64,000 nucleotides of DNA, from positions 2,046,001-2,110,000 of the forward strand of contig JAYWIR010000027.1 of assembly GCA_036172245.1 (NCBI GenBank). The letters are read 5' to 3'. Positions 62,801-64,000 of the stretch are shown here, in pieces. Below the pieces are notes generated by a model that worked only from the letters and a program-made list of their open reading frames with translations, was not told the origin of the DNA and did not search any database. This DNA is from Raillietiella orientalis (lineage: Eukaryota). The translations under genes and the position numbers were made by a program. The first letter of the stretch is position 1. Each line of letters starts with the position of its first letter.

Positions 62801-63360
62801 AGAAAAAGATTTTGTCGTCACGGATGCACTAATTTACAACCCCTAAATGCGTCCAGACTGATCATGCAATCGAATATTCAACCTACAAATGGTGACTGGT
62901 AATTAAATCATTACCTCTAATGCTGTCATTGAAGGTAGCTTAGATAATTACAACTAGTGGTCAGTTTATGTCAACTTGAAAGGAATTAAGTAGTTGAAAT
63001 ATTTACCTGGATTCATTCGTTTGCTTCCTCACAGTGAAAACCGTGTCACCGTAAAAGCTGGTGCAGTTTTGTCAATACGACAATAGTCAATGTTTGAATG
63101 GCAAACTTGCAACTGGAGGGAATGATAGACCATCCAACGTAAAATGACTGTAAAAAAAGGAGCGATTTCTTTCGAAATCTCTGAAGGAAACATGTAGGAA
63201 GCAAATAGGATTGAGCCAATATTCTTGTGTTTATGGGTAACAACAATGAGATTACCCAGTGAATGACCCAAACAAACAAATTCGAATGGCAAATCAGCGT
63301 GTGTTTGCCGTAGTGGTTTAATATTGGTGATGAACTGGAAGTGATGAAAGAATCCAAACC

Positions 63361-64000
63361 ATGGCAAACGTAAATGAGGAAAGTAAAGAACAATCTAATG
63401 CTAGTTCTTGGAATTTGGACAATCTACCTATAGAGGTATGTATAGAACAAAAAGTGTGCCTGGCCTAGTTTGTGCCAGTACACAGGATGGTAAACAGATA
63501 CCCTTTTCAGATACTTCTTCACATCTGCTCCTTTTTGGATTCCAAATTCATAGTATCTACGCTTAGTCTGGTTTGTGAAGCATTGCACGATATTTTTGAA
63601 GATCATATTAGCTGGAAAATCAGAACGTTGAAAAGATGGCCAAATAAATATCCACCAATTCCAGGTTAGCTTGTTCAGAGATTTCATGATAAAGAGTGCG
63701 TGTGTGGTTACAACAAATACCCTTTCATGCGTGAGTTTGTTTACAGTTGATTTTGAATAAACACATCACTGTTGCCCACCATGTTTAGGCAGTGAATGGA
63801 GTTTATGTTGAATCAATTTTGAAATCCCTTGGGCATATTTAAAGAAAACTGAATAGTGTTTTTATAATGTTTTGAAAACCATGATTGTAGCAATATAACT
63901 TGTTCTTTGTTAGTTAATGATGATGAATTTCCATGGAAAGAAGCTGCAATTCAAAAAGAAGAGCAGTGGTCTTTGTGGACCAATATTGAAGAACAGATGA
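63361..64000 (+). CDS. FBXW9: F-box/WD-repeat protein 9-like, 5' part (runs off the window)
   Basis: Exon 63361-63435 (MANVNEE..LDNLPIE|gt), exon 63511-63664 (ILLHICSFLD..LSLVC..WKIRTLKRWPNKYPPIP), exon from 63914 (NDDEFPWKEAAIQKEEQWSLW). This is an F-box plus the YP..F.W..A linker I associate with FBXW9/MEC-15. Confidence 0.8.

Overview
Eukaryotic (invertebrate, probably arthropod) genomic DNA, not prokaryotic. Most GC-rich ORFs in the supplied track are spurious. By hand splicing I can reconstruct eight intron-containing genes: GAK/auxilin (-), a secreted chitin-binding type-2 (CBM14) protein (-), a divergent PX-BAR sorting nexin (SNX5/6-like, +), a zf-CW+PWWP reader (ZCWPW1-like, -), condensin I CAP-D2 (-), a Cys-rich secreted/GPI-like protein (+), cytosolic carboxypeptidase 6/AGBL4 (-) and the 5' part of FBXW9 (+). 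The most striking non-genic feature is a ~1.1 kb Mutator-like (MULE) deletion derivative at ~45992-47092. It has imperfect TIRs built of ~15-bp units and a transposase C-terminal remnant, and from memory it closely resembles the mammalian fossil element Ricksha, so it is a horizontal-transfer candidate that needs a Dfam/BLAST check. Other points of note are uniform 40-50 nt introns (mode 43 nt), two tail-to-tail gene pairs with stops only 31 and 74 bp apart, a sharp AT-rich/CpG-poor versus GC-rich/CpG-rich mosaic, and active-site substitutions in AGBL4 and GAK. All gene identities come from motif recognition; no database search was run.
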